A stretch of 64,000 bases of DNA from Bacteroidia bacterium. GTDB lineage: Bacteria > Bacteroidota > Bacteroidia > 2-12-FULL-35-15. The notes below the pieces were generated by a model that had not been told where the DNA came from, ran no database searches, and worked only from the letters and a program-made list of their open reading frames with translations. Within the stretch, counting starts at the first letter, position 1; every line of letters starts with the position of its first letter. The position numbers were made by a program, and so were the translations under genes. Shown here piece after piece: positions 9,413-18,380 of this stretch. Location of the stretch: assembly GCA_039937835.1 (NCBI GenBank), contig JBDTFR010000012.1, positions 6,143 through 70,142 of the forward strand, written 5' to 3'.

Positions 9413-9476
9413 CAAAATTGTATAATTCAGATGGTCAACTATTACAAAATTTCAGAAAGAAACTACCTAAATCACA
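9413..9476 (-). promoter_or_regulatory. Conserved promoter/operator copy 4 (degenerate, upstream of araC)
   Basis: + strand CAAA 9413, ATTACA 9441, ACTACC 9462, TCACA 9472, with the same spacings as copy 3. Confidence 0.65.
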
Positions 9477-9617
9477 TTTTTCGGTTGTGTACAAAAATAA
9501 AAGAAAGATTAACCTATGCGGAGTGTTTAGTTTATTATTAACATATGTAAAGATATCATTAAAAAGGGACTACCTTTCTCGGGAATATATTACCGTTATA
9601 ATTAATGTTTAAAAAAA

Positions 9618-9800
9618 TGAATTTGGTTGGCGATAGTCAATAAGATACTTACGTGTAGAGGTCAACACAAAGGAGGAGATGAGATTACAAACATAATAAC
9701 GGATGAATTAATGAATGCGGAACAAAAGCATTTAAAAGTTGTATTCCTTTACATAGGAGCTTACTTTTAAAGTAAATTAAAAAAACATATTCATTACCTT
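9618..9800 (+). pseudogene. Possible remnant of a small YjdJ-type GNAT acetyltransferase
   Basis: Broken frames give GGDEITNIITDELMNAEQKHLKVV and KKHIHY, loosely like the C-terminal half of YjdJ-type GNATs. Confidence 0.25.
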
Positions 9801-10024
9801 ATTCTAATTAAGAAAAAGCAATTAGAGCTTTATATAGAACAACAGTGAATATTAAGTATAATTTAAAACTCTCCTATGTTATTTTTAATATTATGTTAAA
9901 AACGAGTTATTTGATAGAGTTATAAAGTCAGAGAACTTCGATTATATTTCCTATATGTATTATTTTTACCTCTATCACTCATCAAAATCCCTAAATTTAC
10001 CATGAAAATAACATACATAATACA

Positions 10025-11206
10025 ATGAAAAGTAAGGAAGGTATAGAAGCTCTGTTTTTATATGCCACGGAAGGAATTATTGTAACTAATGAAAAAGGGG
10101 AAATAGTCAGAGTTAACCCAAGTGCGGAAAAACTTTTTGGCTATGATAAAGAAGAACTTGTTGGTCAAAAGATTGAAATGTTAGTTCCAACGAAGTTGAT
10201 GAGAAACCATTCTGGTTACCGCGAGAAATTTAATGGTAATCCGCATGCCCGTGCTATGGGTGTAGAAATAGAACTTTACGGATTAAAAAAAAATGGTGAA
10301 GAAATTCCTGTCGAGATTAGTTTAAGTCCGTATACTACTAATGAAAGTAAATTTGTAATCGCATTTATCATTGATATTTCCTTAAGAAAACATGCAGAAG
10401 AAAAATTAAAAAATTATTCCGCAGAACTTGAAACGCAGGTAAAAAACAGAACGCTAATTCTGGAAGAAGCTATTCAAGAATTGGAGAGAACTAAAAAAGA
10501 TTTGCATAATGCTTTAGAAAAAGAACGTGAACTAAATGAACTTAAAACTCGGTTTGTTTCAATGGCTTCGCATGAATTCCGCACACCACTAACAACAATG
10601 ATGTCTTCTTTATCGCTTGTAAACAAATATGCAGACTTAAACGATAGTGAAAATCGTACAAAACATGTGAGTAAGATAAAAACATCTATCAATAATCTTA
10701 CAGATATTCTGAATGACTTTCTATCAGTGAGTAAATTGGAAGAAGGTAAAGTTGAAAACATCTCGGAGCAAATAAATATGAAAGCCTTCGTTACAGATAT
10801 TATGTTAGAAATGAAGACCATGGCTACTGATGGACAAAAGCTAATCTATCAGCATATAGGAAGTGAAATGGCATTGATTGATAAAAAATTATTGAAAAAC
10901 ATACTATTTAATCTTATTTCAAATGCCATTAAGTTTTCACCTGAAAGTGGTATTATTGAAGTAACTACTCAAGTATCTAATTCAACAATTAAAATTTCAA
11001 TAAAAGATAATGGAATAGGTATTTCTAAAGAAGATCAGAAACACTTATTTGAACGATTTTTTAGAGGAAACAATGCTACTCATATTCAGGGAACTGGTTT
11101 AGGATTAAGCATCGTAACAAAATATGCTGAATTAATGAATGCTTCCGTTAACTATGAAAGTACAGAGAATAAAGGTTCAATATTTACGATCATAATTCCA
11201 CAATAA
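10025..11206 (+). CDS. PAS-domain sensor histidine kinase (FixL-like PAS)
   Basis: PAS (VNPSAEKLFGY...ELYGLKKNGEEIPVEISLS), H-box SHEFRTPL, N-box NLISNAIKF, G-boxes DNGIGI and GTGLGL. Confidence 0.93.
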   Translation: MKSKEGIEALFLYATEGIIVTNEKGEIVRVNPSAEKLFGYDKEELVGQKIEMLVPTKLMRNHSGYREKFNGNPHARAMGVEIELYGLKKNGEEIPVEISLSPYTTNESKFVIAFIIDISLRKHAEEKLKNYSAELETQVKNRTLILEEAIQELERTKKDLHNALEKERELNELKTRFVSMASHEFRTPLTTMMSSLSLVNKYADLNDSENRTKHVSKIKTSINNLTDILNDFLSVSKLEEGKVENISEQINMKAFVTDIMLEMKTMATDGQKLIYQHIGSEMALIDKKLLKNILFNLISNAIKFSPESGIIEVTTQVSNSTIKISIKDNGIGISKEDQKHLFERFFRGNNATHIQGTGLGLSIVTKYAELMNASVNYESTENKGSIFTIIIPQ

Positions 11207-11212
11207 ATCAAT

Positions 11213-12271
11213 ATGAAAAAAATATTACTAATAGAAGACAACAAAGACGTGCGAGAAAATACGGCAGAAATACTTAAACTTGCGCAATATGAAGTTCTAA
11301 CAGCTGTAAATGGAAAAGAGGGAGTGGAACTTGCACATCAAAATAAACCTGACTTAATCATCTGCGATATAATGATGCCAGTATTAGATGGGCATGGGGT
11401 ATTACACATGCTGTCTAAGAATGAAGAAACATCCAGTATTCCATTTATTTTTTTAACTGCAAAAGCTGAACGAACCGATATAAGAAAAGGTATGGAAATG
11501 GGTGCCGACGATTATTTGACGAAACCATTTGATGACGTTGAACTGCTAAATGCTATTGAAAGTCGGCTCAAAAAAAATGAGGTACTTCGAAGAGAATTTA
11601 CCAAAAATATGGAGGGTGTTAATAGCTTTTTAAATGAAGTTAAAAATATTGATTCATTAAAGAAACTTTCTGAAGACCGGAATGTAGTTAAGTACAAAAA
11701 GAAAGCTGATATTTATAAAGAAGGTAATTATCCAAAAGGTATCTATTTTATCAGTAAAGGAAAAATAAAAACATACAAAAGTAGCGACCTTGGAAAAGAG
11801 CTGATTACGGAACTACACAAAGAAGGTGACTTTTTCGGATACATTGCTCTATTGCAAGATGAGACCTACACCAGTTCAGCTAGTGCGTTGGAAGATTCTG
11901 AAATTTATATGATTCCGAAGGAGGATTTCTTTTCGCTGCTTTACAAAAATGCTGAAGTTTCAAAGAAATTTATAGAAATGCTCTCAAAGGATGCACGAGA
12001 AAATGAAATTCATTTAGTTCAATTGGCGTATAATTCGGTAAGAAAGAGAGTTGCAGAAGCTCTCTTAAAATTATCTGACAAGTATAAAAAAGAGGAAGAG
12101 CAAAAATTTAGTATATCTATTACCAGAGAAGATCTTGCAAACATTGTAGGTACCGCCACAGAAACGGTTATTAGAACGTTGAGTGATTTTAAAGAAGATA
12201 AACTTATTGAAATAGCCAATGGAAAAATTACCATTCTTAATTATGATAAATTAGCGAAATTGAAGAATTAA
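11213..12271 (+). CDS. Response regulator with REC, cNMP-binding and CRP/FNR HTH domains
   Basis: ILLIED, DIMMP, FLTAK, DYLTKPF; GDFFG; REDLANIVGTATETVIRTLSDF. Confidence 0.92.
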   Translation: MKKILLIEDNKDVRENTAEILKLAQYEVLTAVNGKEGVELAHQNKPDLIICDIMMPVLDGHGVLHMLSKNEETSSIPFIFLTAKAERTDIRKGMEMGADDYLTKPFDDVELLNAIESRLKKNEVLRREFTKNMEGVNSFLNEVKNIDSLKKLSEDRNVVKYKKKADIYKEGNYPKGIYFISKGKIKTYKSSDLGKELITELHKEGDFFGYIALLQDETYTSSASALEDSEIYMIPKEDFFSLLYKNAEVSKKFIEMLSKDARENEIHLVQLAYNSVRKRVAEALLKLSDKYKKEEEQKFSISITREDLANIVGTATETVIRTLSDFKEDKLIEIANGKITILNYDKLAKLKN

Positions 12272-12328
12272 TAGAAAATTAATAAATTTAAACTATTTAA
12301 AATGACTTCTCAGATAGTGAGAGCGAAG

Positions 12329-12370
12329 AAAAAAACCTCCTACATAAAAGTTTATGCAGGAGGTTTTTTT
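12329..12370. terminator. Bidirectional intrinsic terminator
   Basis: aaaaaaacctcctacataaa / tttatgcaggaggttttttt between convergent genes. Confidence 0.85.
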
Positions 12371-12418
12371 AAACTAATGTATTTTACTTCTTAAGTAAAA
12401 ACTAGGAAGAAAATTAAT

Positions 12419-13552
12419 TTATTTTGAAGCAGTCATTTTATTTTCATCTGTTGCCAAATACATTTGCAACTGCACTACATAATTTAATACTACATAATTA
12501 TTGTAAAATCCAATTTTATCTTCCTGAAAATGATCGATTGGGATTTTATTTCCTTCATTAAGCGTTAAAGTACTATTGTATTTTGCAACAGTTTCTTTTA
12601 GGTGAGAAAATAAAATAGCTCCCTCTGCTCCTTCTTTAAAAAAGGCAGGTCCAAGATTTTCTTCTTCACCAAGCAATTTTTGTGCTTCAAAATCTTTAGG
12701 TATAAATGGTTTACCAATCATGCCTTCAATAATTAAACTCTTAATTCGCTCAGCAGTAGTATCAATATCTGATGCAAGTGGGTCGTATTGTTTCGCATGT
12801 TGTTGCATCTTTCTTAACAAGTCCTCACTCTGTATATGCGTATACATTTTTATTTCCAATTGTTTTTTTGCTGGGCGAATATTTACCATTATAAATAACA
12901 AGCCCGTTGCACCCAAAATAAGTATGGTTGTTACTAGGGTATTTAAACGAGTATCTGGATTTCTCATTCCATTGTAAAAATAAATAGGAATAAATACGAA
13001 CGTTGCTATGCAAATGGCAACGATCCAAAGAGTAAGTGCGTGAGGCCAATGCATTACACTAAATAAAGCAGCCAAACATATAAGAAACCCAATAAGCGCA
13101 CCCACTCCTGATAATAAGCGCTCGTTTTTACTACTGCTGTCTTTTGCTTTCAGAACAAACATTAATGGCAGAAATACCAAACTCAGTGATCCAATTCCAA
13201 AAACCAATAATGGTCCTGCACCTGGCCATAGCATAATTTTAAATAATGAACCAATTATAAAAAGTGTTACAGAAGTAATACCGGTAATAATCATTGCTTT
13301 TTTCATAGCGTAGTAATTTTTAAAGGTTAGTAATAAAATGGTTTCGTCCTCAATTTCTTTTAAATCTTTTCTAAAAAATTTCGGAATCAACTGTTGATAG
13401 AATTGATCGAAATTGCCATCTTCTTGTAATTCGCTTTCAACAATGCAGCAAATATGATCAAGAAGATTTAGCTGCAGGCTTTCTATATCAACACCACGGG
13501 TTTTGATATCGTGGAGAATAAAATCAATCTGTTGTTCATTTAGTGTGTACAT
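12419..13552 (-). CDS. PadR-associated membrane protein with GldL-N-like transmembrane repeats
   Basis: N-terminal LLDHICC domain; repeats GSLFKIMLWPGAGPLL and ALFSVMHWPHALTL; soluble helical C-terminus. Confidence 0.7.
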   Translation of the reverse strand: MYTLNEQQIDFILHDIKTRGVDIESLQLNLLDHICCIVESELQEDGNFDQFYQQLIPKFFRKDLKEIEDETILLLTFKNYYAMKKAMIITGITSVTLFIIGSLFKIMLWPGAGPLLVFGIGSLSLVFLPLMFVLKAKDSSSKNERLLSGVGALIGFLICLAALFSVMHWPHALTLWIVAICIATFVFIPIYFYNGMRNPDTRLNTLVTTILILGATGLLFIMVNIRPAKKQLEIKMYTHIQSEDLLRKMQQHAKQYDPLASDIDTTAERIKSLIIEGMIGKPFIPKDFEAQKLLGEEENLGPAFFKEGAEGAILFSHLKETVAKYNSTLTLNEGNKIPIDHFQEDKIGFYNNYVVLNYVVQLQMYLATDENKMTASK

Positions 13553-13890
13553 TATTTAACTTGCGTTTTAATGTTCAACAAAAATTGCATAGTACCGATA
13601 AACTCAGCAAACTCATCCACTTTTTCAGAAGCTTCTTTTTTCCCTTTTGATGTTAATGTATAATATTTGCGAACACGTTTACCAATATTTACCACTTCTG
13701 TGGTTACCGCACCATGTTCTTCCAATCCATGCAAAGTTGGATATAAAGCACCTTCCGTGATTTGAATTTTATCACCCGTTAATTCTTTTACTCGTTGGGT
13801 AATTTCATATCCGTACATTCTTTTTGTTTCGGATAATAACTTTAAAATAATTGTTTTTAAAGTACCTTTTATTAGTTCTGATGAATACAT
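13552..13890 (-). CDS. PadR family transcriptional regulator
   Basis: LIKGTL, MYGYEI, EGALYPTLH, RKYYTLTSKG; the likely start is MYSSEL at 13890 (ORF track starts at 13920). Confidence 0.93.
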   Translation of the reverse strand: MYSSELIKGTLKTIILKLLSETKRMYGYEITQRVKELTGDKIQITEGALYPTLHGLEEHGAVTTEVVNIGKRVRKYYTLTSKGKKEASEKVDEFAEFIGTMQFLLNIKTQVK

Positions 13891-14222
13891 AACACAAATA
13901 TACATAAGAATATTATGCATAAGAAAACAATATTATAAATAATGTATAAGTGTCTGTTTATTAAAGTAATAATTTTTACTTTTTAAAAAATTATTAGATA
14001 AAGTGCGTATTTTAACAATAATAGAACAATAATAAACTGATTTTCATATTTCTGTTTTATTTGACTTGACAGTTTTAAAATTATAAATTAAATTGATAAA
14101 AATTCGGTGTTACATAGAAAGTAGAACTCAAAAGTAAAATTGATTTTTGGCTAGTATTTCAATTTTATATCCGCATTTAACTTGGAAATCTTACTTCATC
14201 ACTTATCGATCATTTTATTTCG

Positions 14223-14238
14223 TGGCACGAATTTTACA
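14223..14238 (+). promoter_or_regulatory. Putative sigma-54-type (-24/-12) promoter
   Basis: TGGCACG-AATT-TTACA, one mismatch to TGGCACG-N4-TTGCW, 68 nt before the ATG at 14291. Confidence 0.5.
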
Positions 14239-14290
14239 AAACAGATAAGACTTACTCATCTTACTAATAAAATCTTATAACTAATTATTT

Positions 14291-15514
14291 ATGGTCAATA
14301 ATTTAAGAATTTGGTTAAAAGATACAACCCACAAACTTTTTAGCAGTATAGGATTTTACCCGGCATTAATTGCGCTCTCTTTTCTTGTGCTTTCTTGGCT
14401 TAGTATATCATTTGATTTTTCTGAAAGTGGTATGAATTTTAAGTCCCAACTGAAGTGGATAAGCCTTAATGACGCTACCACTGCGCGAAGTATTATCTCT
14501 GCAATTACCGCAGGAATTATTTCTCTTACTGTTTTTAGTTTTACCATGGTTATGATTGTACTTAACCAAACTGCCTCTCAAATGAGTAACCGTATATTAG
14601 ACCAGCTTATTGGTGGCAGGTTTCAGCAGGTGGTACTGGGCATTTATATCGGTACTATATTATATGCGCTCTTTTTACTAAGCACCATAAGAGATATAGA
14701 TTCTGGAATTAGAATTCCTGCTTTAAGTACTTATCTCCTTATTTTACTTACAATTTTAAATCTTTTTCTTTTTATATACTTTCTTCATTTTATAACACAA
14801 TCGGTAAAATATGCAGTAATTATCAAGAAAATAACGGATGAAACGCAAGAAATTTTAAATAAAGAACGTCCATTACTGATTCCTCCAGCATTAGCAAACA
14901 CCTTTAATTTCGAGTATAAATTGGAAGCTAAAAATTCAGGTATTTATCAGGGATTTAGCAAACATATATTAATAAACATCTGTGATCAATTAAACTGTAC
15001 CATTTTTCTTATATACAAACCAGGTACATTTATTTTAAAAGGTACACCAATTGCACTTATTGATAAACCTTTTATGGATGAAAAAAAAGATGAATTAATT
15101 AATGCAATTTATATACATGCGCACGAATCAATAGAAGAAAATTTTATATATGGATTTAAATTATTAAAAGAAGTAGCTATTAAAGCATTAAGTCCTGGAA
15201 TAAATGATCCAGGTACCGCAGTGCAATGCATTCGCTCACTGTTTAAATTATTTGTATTTAGTATTTGTCATTACCAACATGACATCCTTTTAAATCATGA
15301 AAAGCAAATTCGAATTATTACAAAAAATATAACCTTTGATGAGATTTTTAAAGAAACAATATTGCCGATATGGGATTATGGTAAAAATGATTGGTTAATT
15401 CAGAACGAACTTCATCACCTCATCTTACAGCTTCAACAAATCAAGAACAGTGATATTGCATATAGTTTACTTACGTTAGTAAATACAAAAATAAATGAAA
15501 GAACAATTGGCTAA
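14291..15514 (+). CDS. DUF2254 family membrane protein
   Basis: FSFTMVMIVL..ASQMSNR and the hallmark EVAIKALSPGINDPGTA. Confidence 0.9.
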   Translation: MVNNLRIWLKDTTHKLFSSIGFYPALIALSFLVLSWLSISFDFSESGMNFKSQLKWISLNDATTARSIISAITAGIISLTVFSFTMVMIVLNQTASQMSNRILDQLIGGRFQQVVLGIYIGTILYALFLLSTIRDIDSGIRIPALSTYLLILLTILNLFLFIYFLHFITQSVKYAVIIKKITDETQEILNKERPLLIPPALANTFNFEYKLEAKNSGIYQGFSKHILINICDQLNCTIFLIYKPGTFILKGTPIALIDKPFMDEKKDELINAIYIHAHESIEENFIYGFKLLKEVAIKALSPGINDPGTAVQCIRSLFKLFVFSICHYQHDILLNHEKQIRIITKNITFDEIFKETILPIWDYGKNDWLIQNELHHLILQLQQIKNSDIAYSLLTLVNTKINERTIG

Positions 15515-15819
15515 ACGCAGTTTTTGTTATTGTTTTAATTAAAAGGTAAAGTTTATTTTATTATAAAATTAAATTTAAGGAGACTAACTAAACAGTGTAA
15601 GATTAAACAATAAACTATTTATATCATTTTTATTATTAATTAGTTTGCTGCACATTCTTTATTAAATAGGGATATATACGAGTATCTTATTCATATTTTA
15701 TAAAATAAAGTTTACTTTGTCTACTACAATTCCCCAATATTGGGATATTTATACTCGGTTATTTGTAAAAATAAAATAATAAATCGTTGTATCGTAACGC
15801 TGTTCAAATTTATTATTAT

Positions 15820-15835
15820 TGGCACAATATTCACA
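15820..15835 (+). promoter_or_regulatory. Putative sigma-54-type promoter
   Basis: TGGCACA-ATAT-TCACA, 63 nt before the ATG at 15883; the -12 element is degenerate. Confidence 0.4.
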
Positions 15836-15882
15836 AGTAATATGCTATAAATGCCCACCCATTTTGGCTAAACCACAAACTT

Positions 15883-16287
15883 ATGAAAATCGTTAAAAAA
15901 AATATTTTTTTTGCTTCAATTGTTATCTTTTTAGTAAGCTTAAGTTCTTGTAATTCAAAAATAGATTTCCTTACCTCCACCATAGTGCCTGCAGCAAGAG
16001 GTTACGTAACAATGAAGAAAGATAATAATGATAATTACTTGTTGCATATTAAAATTTCGAATCTTGCTGAATCTACTAGGCTAACACCATCTAAGGCTAC
16101 CTATGTTGTTTGGATTGTAGATTACCATAATCATCCGAAAAATATTGGACAAATTGAAACATCTAAACTGAAAGCTTCGCTTGAAACCGTATCGCCGTTT
16201 AAACCAAACAAAGTATTTATAAGCGCAGAAGATGCTGTGAGTGTTGAATATCCTGCAGATACAATACTAACTACAGCAAATTTTTAA
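15883..16287 (+). CDS. Conserved hypothetical lipoprotein
   Basis: Lipobox LSSC; VPAARG, YVVW, KNIGQ and VFISAED resemble a common Bacteroidota family. Confidence 0.75.
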   Translation: MKIVKKNIFFASIVIFLVSLSSCNSKIDFLTSTIVPAARGYVTMKKDNNDNYLLHIKISNLAESTRLTPSKATYVVWIVDYHNHPKNIGQIETSKLKASLETVSPFKPNKVFISAEDAVSVEYPADTILTTANF

Positions 16288-16334
16288 CAATAATTTAAAA
16301 TAGTATAAATTAATAAACTCTTAAAACAAAGATT

Positions 16335-16673
16335 ATGAAAATTCAAATCAATTCCGACAAAAATATAGCTTGCGATATTGCACATAATCAATGGCTCAAA
16401 GAAACTATTCAATCTTCCCTACTGCAATTTAAGGAAAAAATTACGAGAATAGAAGTTCATTTGTCTGATGAAAATGCAGGAAAAGCTGGGAAAGATGACA
16501 AAAGATGTATGATCGAAGCAAGACCAGAAGGATTACAACCATTAGCGGTAACGGGTAATTCAGAAACAATTGACCAGGCTGTATTGGATGCTTTAACTAA
16601 AATGGAAAATGCTTTAACATCTCTATATGGTCGTAAAGATGAGCGCGTAAAGATGGATTTACAAATTGATTAG
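16335..16673 (+). CDS. HPF/RaiA family ribosome-associated protein
   Basis: MKIQINSDKNI, ITRIEVHLSDEN, DKRCMIEARPEG. Confidence 0.85.
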   Translation: MKIQINSDKNIACDIAHNQWLKETIQSSLLQFKEKITRIEVHLSDENAGKAGKDDKRCMIEARPEGLQPLAVTGNSETIDQAVLDALTKMENALTSLYGRKDERVKMDLQID

Positions 16674-16752
16674 TTAGTTTATTTATTATGTTTTAGTTTT
16701 TTTATTATGTTATTAATTCAATTAGTTATACTTATTTGGCAAAATATATAAA

Positions 16753-16902
16753 ATGAATAAAAAGTTAAATTTATATCCTAAACCCAGTTCAACCGCAGCA
16801 ATGAATTTTATAACCTATACCTGCACCAATCACCCGGAAATAATTTTAAATGAACCAGGTAAATGTCCTGAGTGTGGGAAAGATTTGGTTAAAAAATATT
16901 AA
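16753..16902 (+). CDS. Small stand-alone heavy-metal-binding-domain protein (49 aa; alternative start at 16801)
   Basis: Below the ORF-track cutoff; translates MNKKLNLYPKPSSTAAMNFITYTCTNHPEIILNEPGKCPECGKDLVKKY, matching YTCPMHP...PGKCPxCGMxL. Confidence 0.75.
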   Translation: MNKKLNLYPKPSSTAAMNFITYTCTNHPEIILNEPGKCPECGKDLVKKY

Positions 16903-16981
16903 AACGGATCTGGTAATTAGGTGAATGCGAAAATAACATGAAGTAAATATCTTTTTAATTAAGTACTTAAAATAATTTGAT

Positions 16982-17137
16982 ATGGCAAATAATGAAAAAA
17001 CATCAAAAAAAATAGCAACAATTGCTTCACAACTTCTTCGAGATGGAAGCTCATCGAAGGAAGTGAAAAGAGTTGCGGGATCAGCATTAACACAGGCAGC
17101 AGATAAAAAAAATAAAAAGAATACGAATAAAAAGTAA
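16982..17137 (+). CDS. Small basic hypothetical protein (51 aa)
   Basis: MANNEKTSKKIATIASQLLRDGSSSKEVKRVAGSALTQAADKKNKKNTNKK; co-oriented with its neighbours; explains the antisense 103-aa ORF. Confidence 0.75.
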   Translation: MANNEKTSKKIATIASQLLRDGSSSKEVKRVAGSALTQAADKKNKKNTNKK

Positions 17138-17200
17138 TTTGTTTTTATTTTTAACATTTATATTCTCAATAAAATATTAGCTAACTAAAATTAAATAATT

Positions 17201-17617
17201 ATGAATTCTAAAAAACAAGCAGGAATATGGATTGACAGCAAAAAAGCTATTGTCGTAACGCTTGATCAAAATGATAAGCAGATAACGGTAATCCCGTCCA
17301 ACATTGAAGACAAAACTCATTACGAAAATGAAGGGGACAAAGGTTCCTTTATGGGGCAGCAGCATGTAAGCAACGAAAGAACATTTGATGAAAGGAAAAA
17401 AAATCAACTTCATACCTTTTTACAAGAGGTTGTTGCTTCTTTAAAAGATGTAGCTGGTATTTATATATGTGGCCCAGCTGAAGTTAAAGTTCATCTCAGA
17501 AAAGAAGTAGAAGCTAACAAAAATCTTGAAAAAGTATTTCGAGGTATTGATTCATGCGAACAAATGACAGAAAATCAATTAGTAGCAAAAGTGAAAAAAT
17601 TCTACGAACAGAATTAA
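17201..17617 (+). CDS. Single-domain eRF1-middle-domain-like protein (translational machinery / host-attachment-like family)
   Basis: GIWIDSKKAIVV, IYICGPAEVKVHL, QMTENQLVAKVKKFY. Confidence 0.65.
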   Translation: MNSKKQAGIWIDSKKAIVVTLDQNDKQITVIPSNIEDKTHYENEGDKGSFMGQQHVSNERTFDERKKNQLHTFLQEVVASLKDVAGIYICGPAEVKVHLRKEVEANKNLEKVFRGIDSCEQMTENQLVAKVKKFYEQN

Positions 17618-17644
17618 TATATCTGTTTTATAATTACAAAAGTA

Positions 17645-17678
17645 AAAGCGGTATTAAAAATGATTTCAGTACCGCTTT
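17645..17678. terminator. Bidirectional terminator
   Basis: aaagcggta / taccgcttt inverted repeat between convergent genes. Confidence 0.65.
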
Positions 17679-17718
17679 ATTTCTTTGAATATAAATTAAT
17701 AATAAATTAACTCAAACA

Positions 17719-18354
17719 CTATCTCAAATCTTCAACAGAAACTCCTTTATGCGCTTTCTCATTAAACGTAAAATAATCATCAGGCATAGGATTGTTAGCT
17801 ACAAAAGAACTGATTATATAACTTTGTGAAGTACCATCCTTCATCAATAATTTAATACCTTCTATTTGTTTTTTAACTTTATTAATTACTAACTTAACAG
17901 TATGAAATTTTTCTTTATCCGCATTGATAGGAAATAAACTTATAGTTTGTGTATTTGCGTCTTCAGAATCTAATTTGTATTTATACCCTTTTTCATATAA
18001 AGTAAAAATAGTTGCAGGGTTAATTGCTCCCTCTTTAGTTTCCATTTCTTTCATTTGTACTTCATTAGCATCCTTAATAAAATCCCAAATTGTTTTGCCA
18101 TCACAGTATATTTCATGACCAGGAATTTCTAATCTGTATTTGGTGCCTTTTATTTCAATTTTACCTTTTTGCATTTCCTTCGTTTTATCTTTTTTCTCAT
18201 TAGTGAAGGTAAAATCAGCTTTAATGGTAGTATATGATTTTGTTTTTGCGCTTAAGTCATCTAATATTACTTTTGCCTTTGGGTCTACTTGAGCATACGT
18301 TATTGTTGTACTTGATAAAAAAAGTGCAACTATTAAGTGTCTTTTATTAACCAT
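17719..18354 (-). CDS. lolA: Outer membrane lipoprotein carrier protein LolA
   Basis: Signal peptide, KGTKYRL, YCDGKTIW, NEVQ, C-terminal DLR; directly downstream of ftsK as is usual in Bacteroidota. Confidence 0.88.
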   Translation of the reverse strand: MVNKRHLIVALFLSSTTITYAQVDPKAKVILDDLSAKTKSYTTIKADFTFTNEKKDKTKEMQKGKIEIKGTKYRLEIPGHEIYCDGKTIWDFIKDANEVQMKEMETKEGAINPATIFTLYEKGYKYKLDSEDANTQTISLFPINADKEKFHTVKLVINKVKKQIEGIKLLMKDGTSQSYIISSFVANNPMPDDYFTFNEKAHKGVSVEDLR

Positions 18355-18380
18355 GTTAATTTTGGGTTTAGTTTATATAA

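Noticed and set aside
16846-17157. 103-aa minus-strand ORF
   Set aside because: It is the antisense shadow of the 51-aa and 49-aa plus-strand genes, which fit the operon direction and have recognisable motifs.
9800-17200. FNR/CRP boxes (TTGAT-N4-ATCAA) for the REC-CRP regulator
   Set aside because: No convincing palindrome was found by eye upstream of the neighbouring genes.
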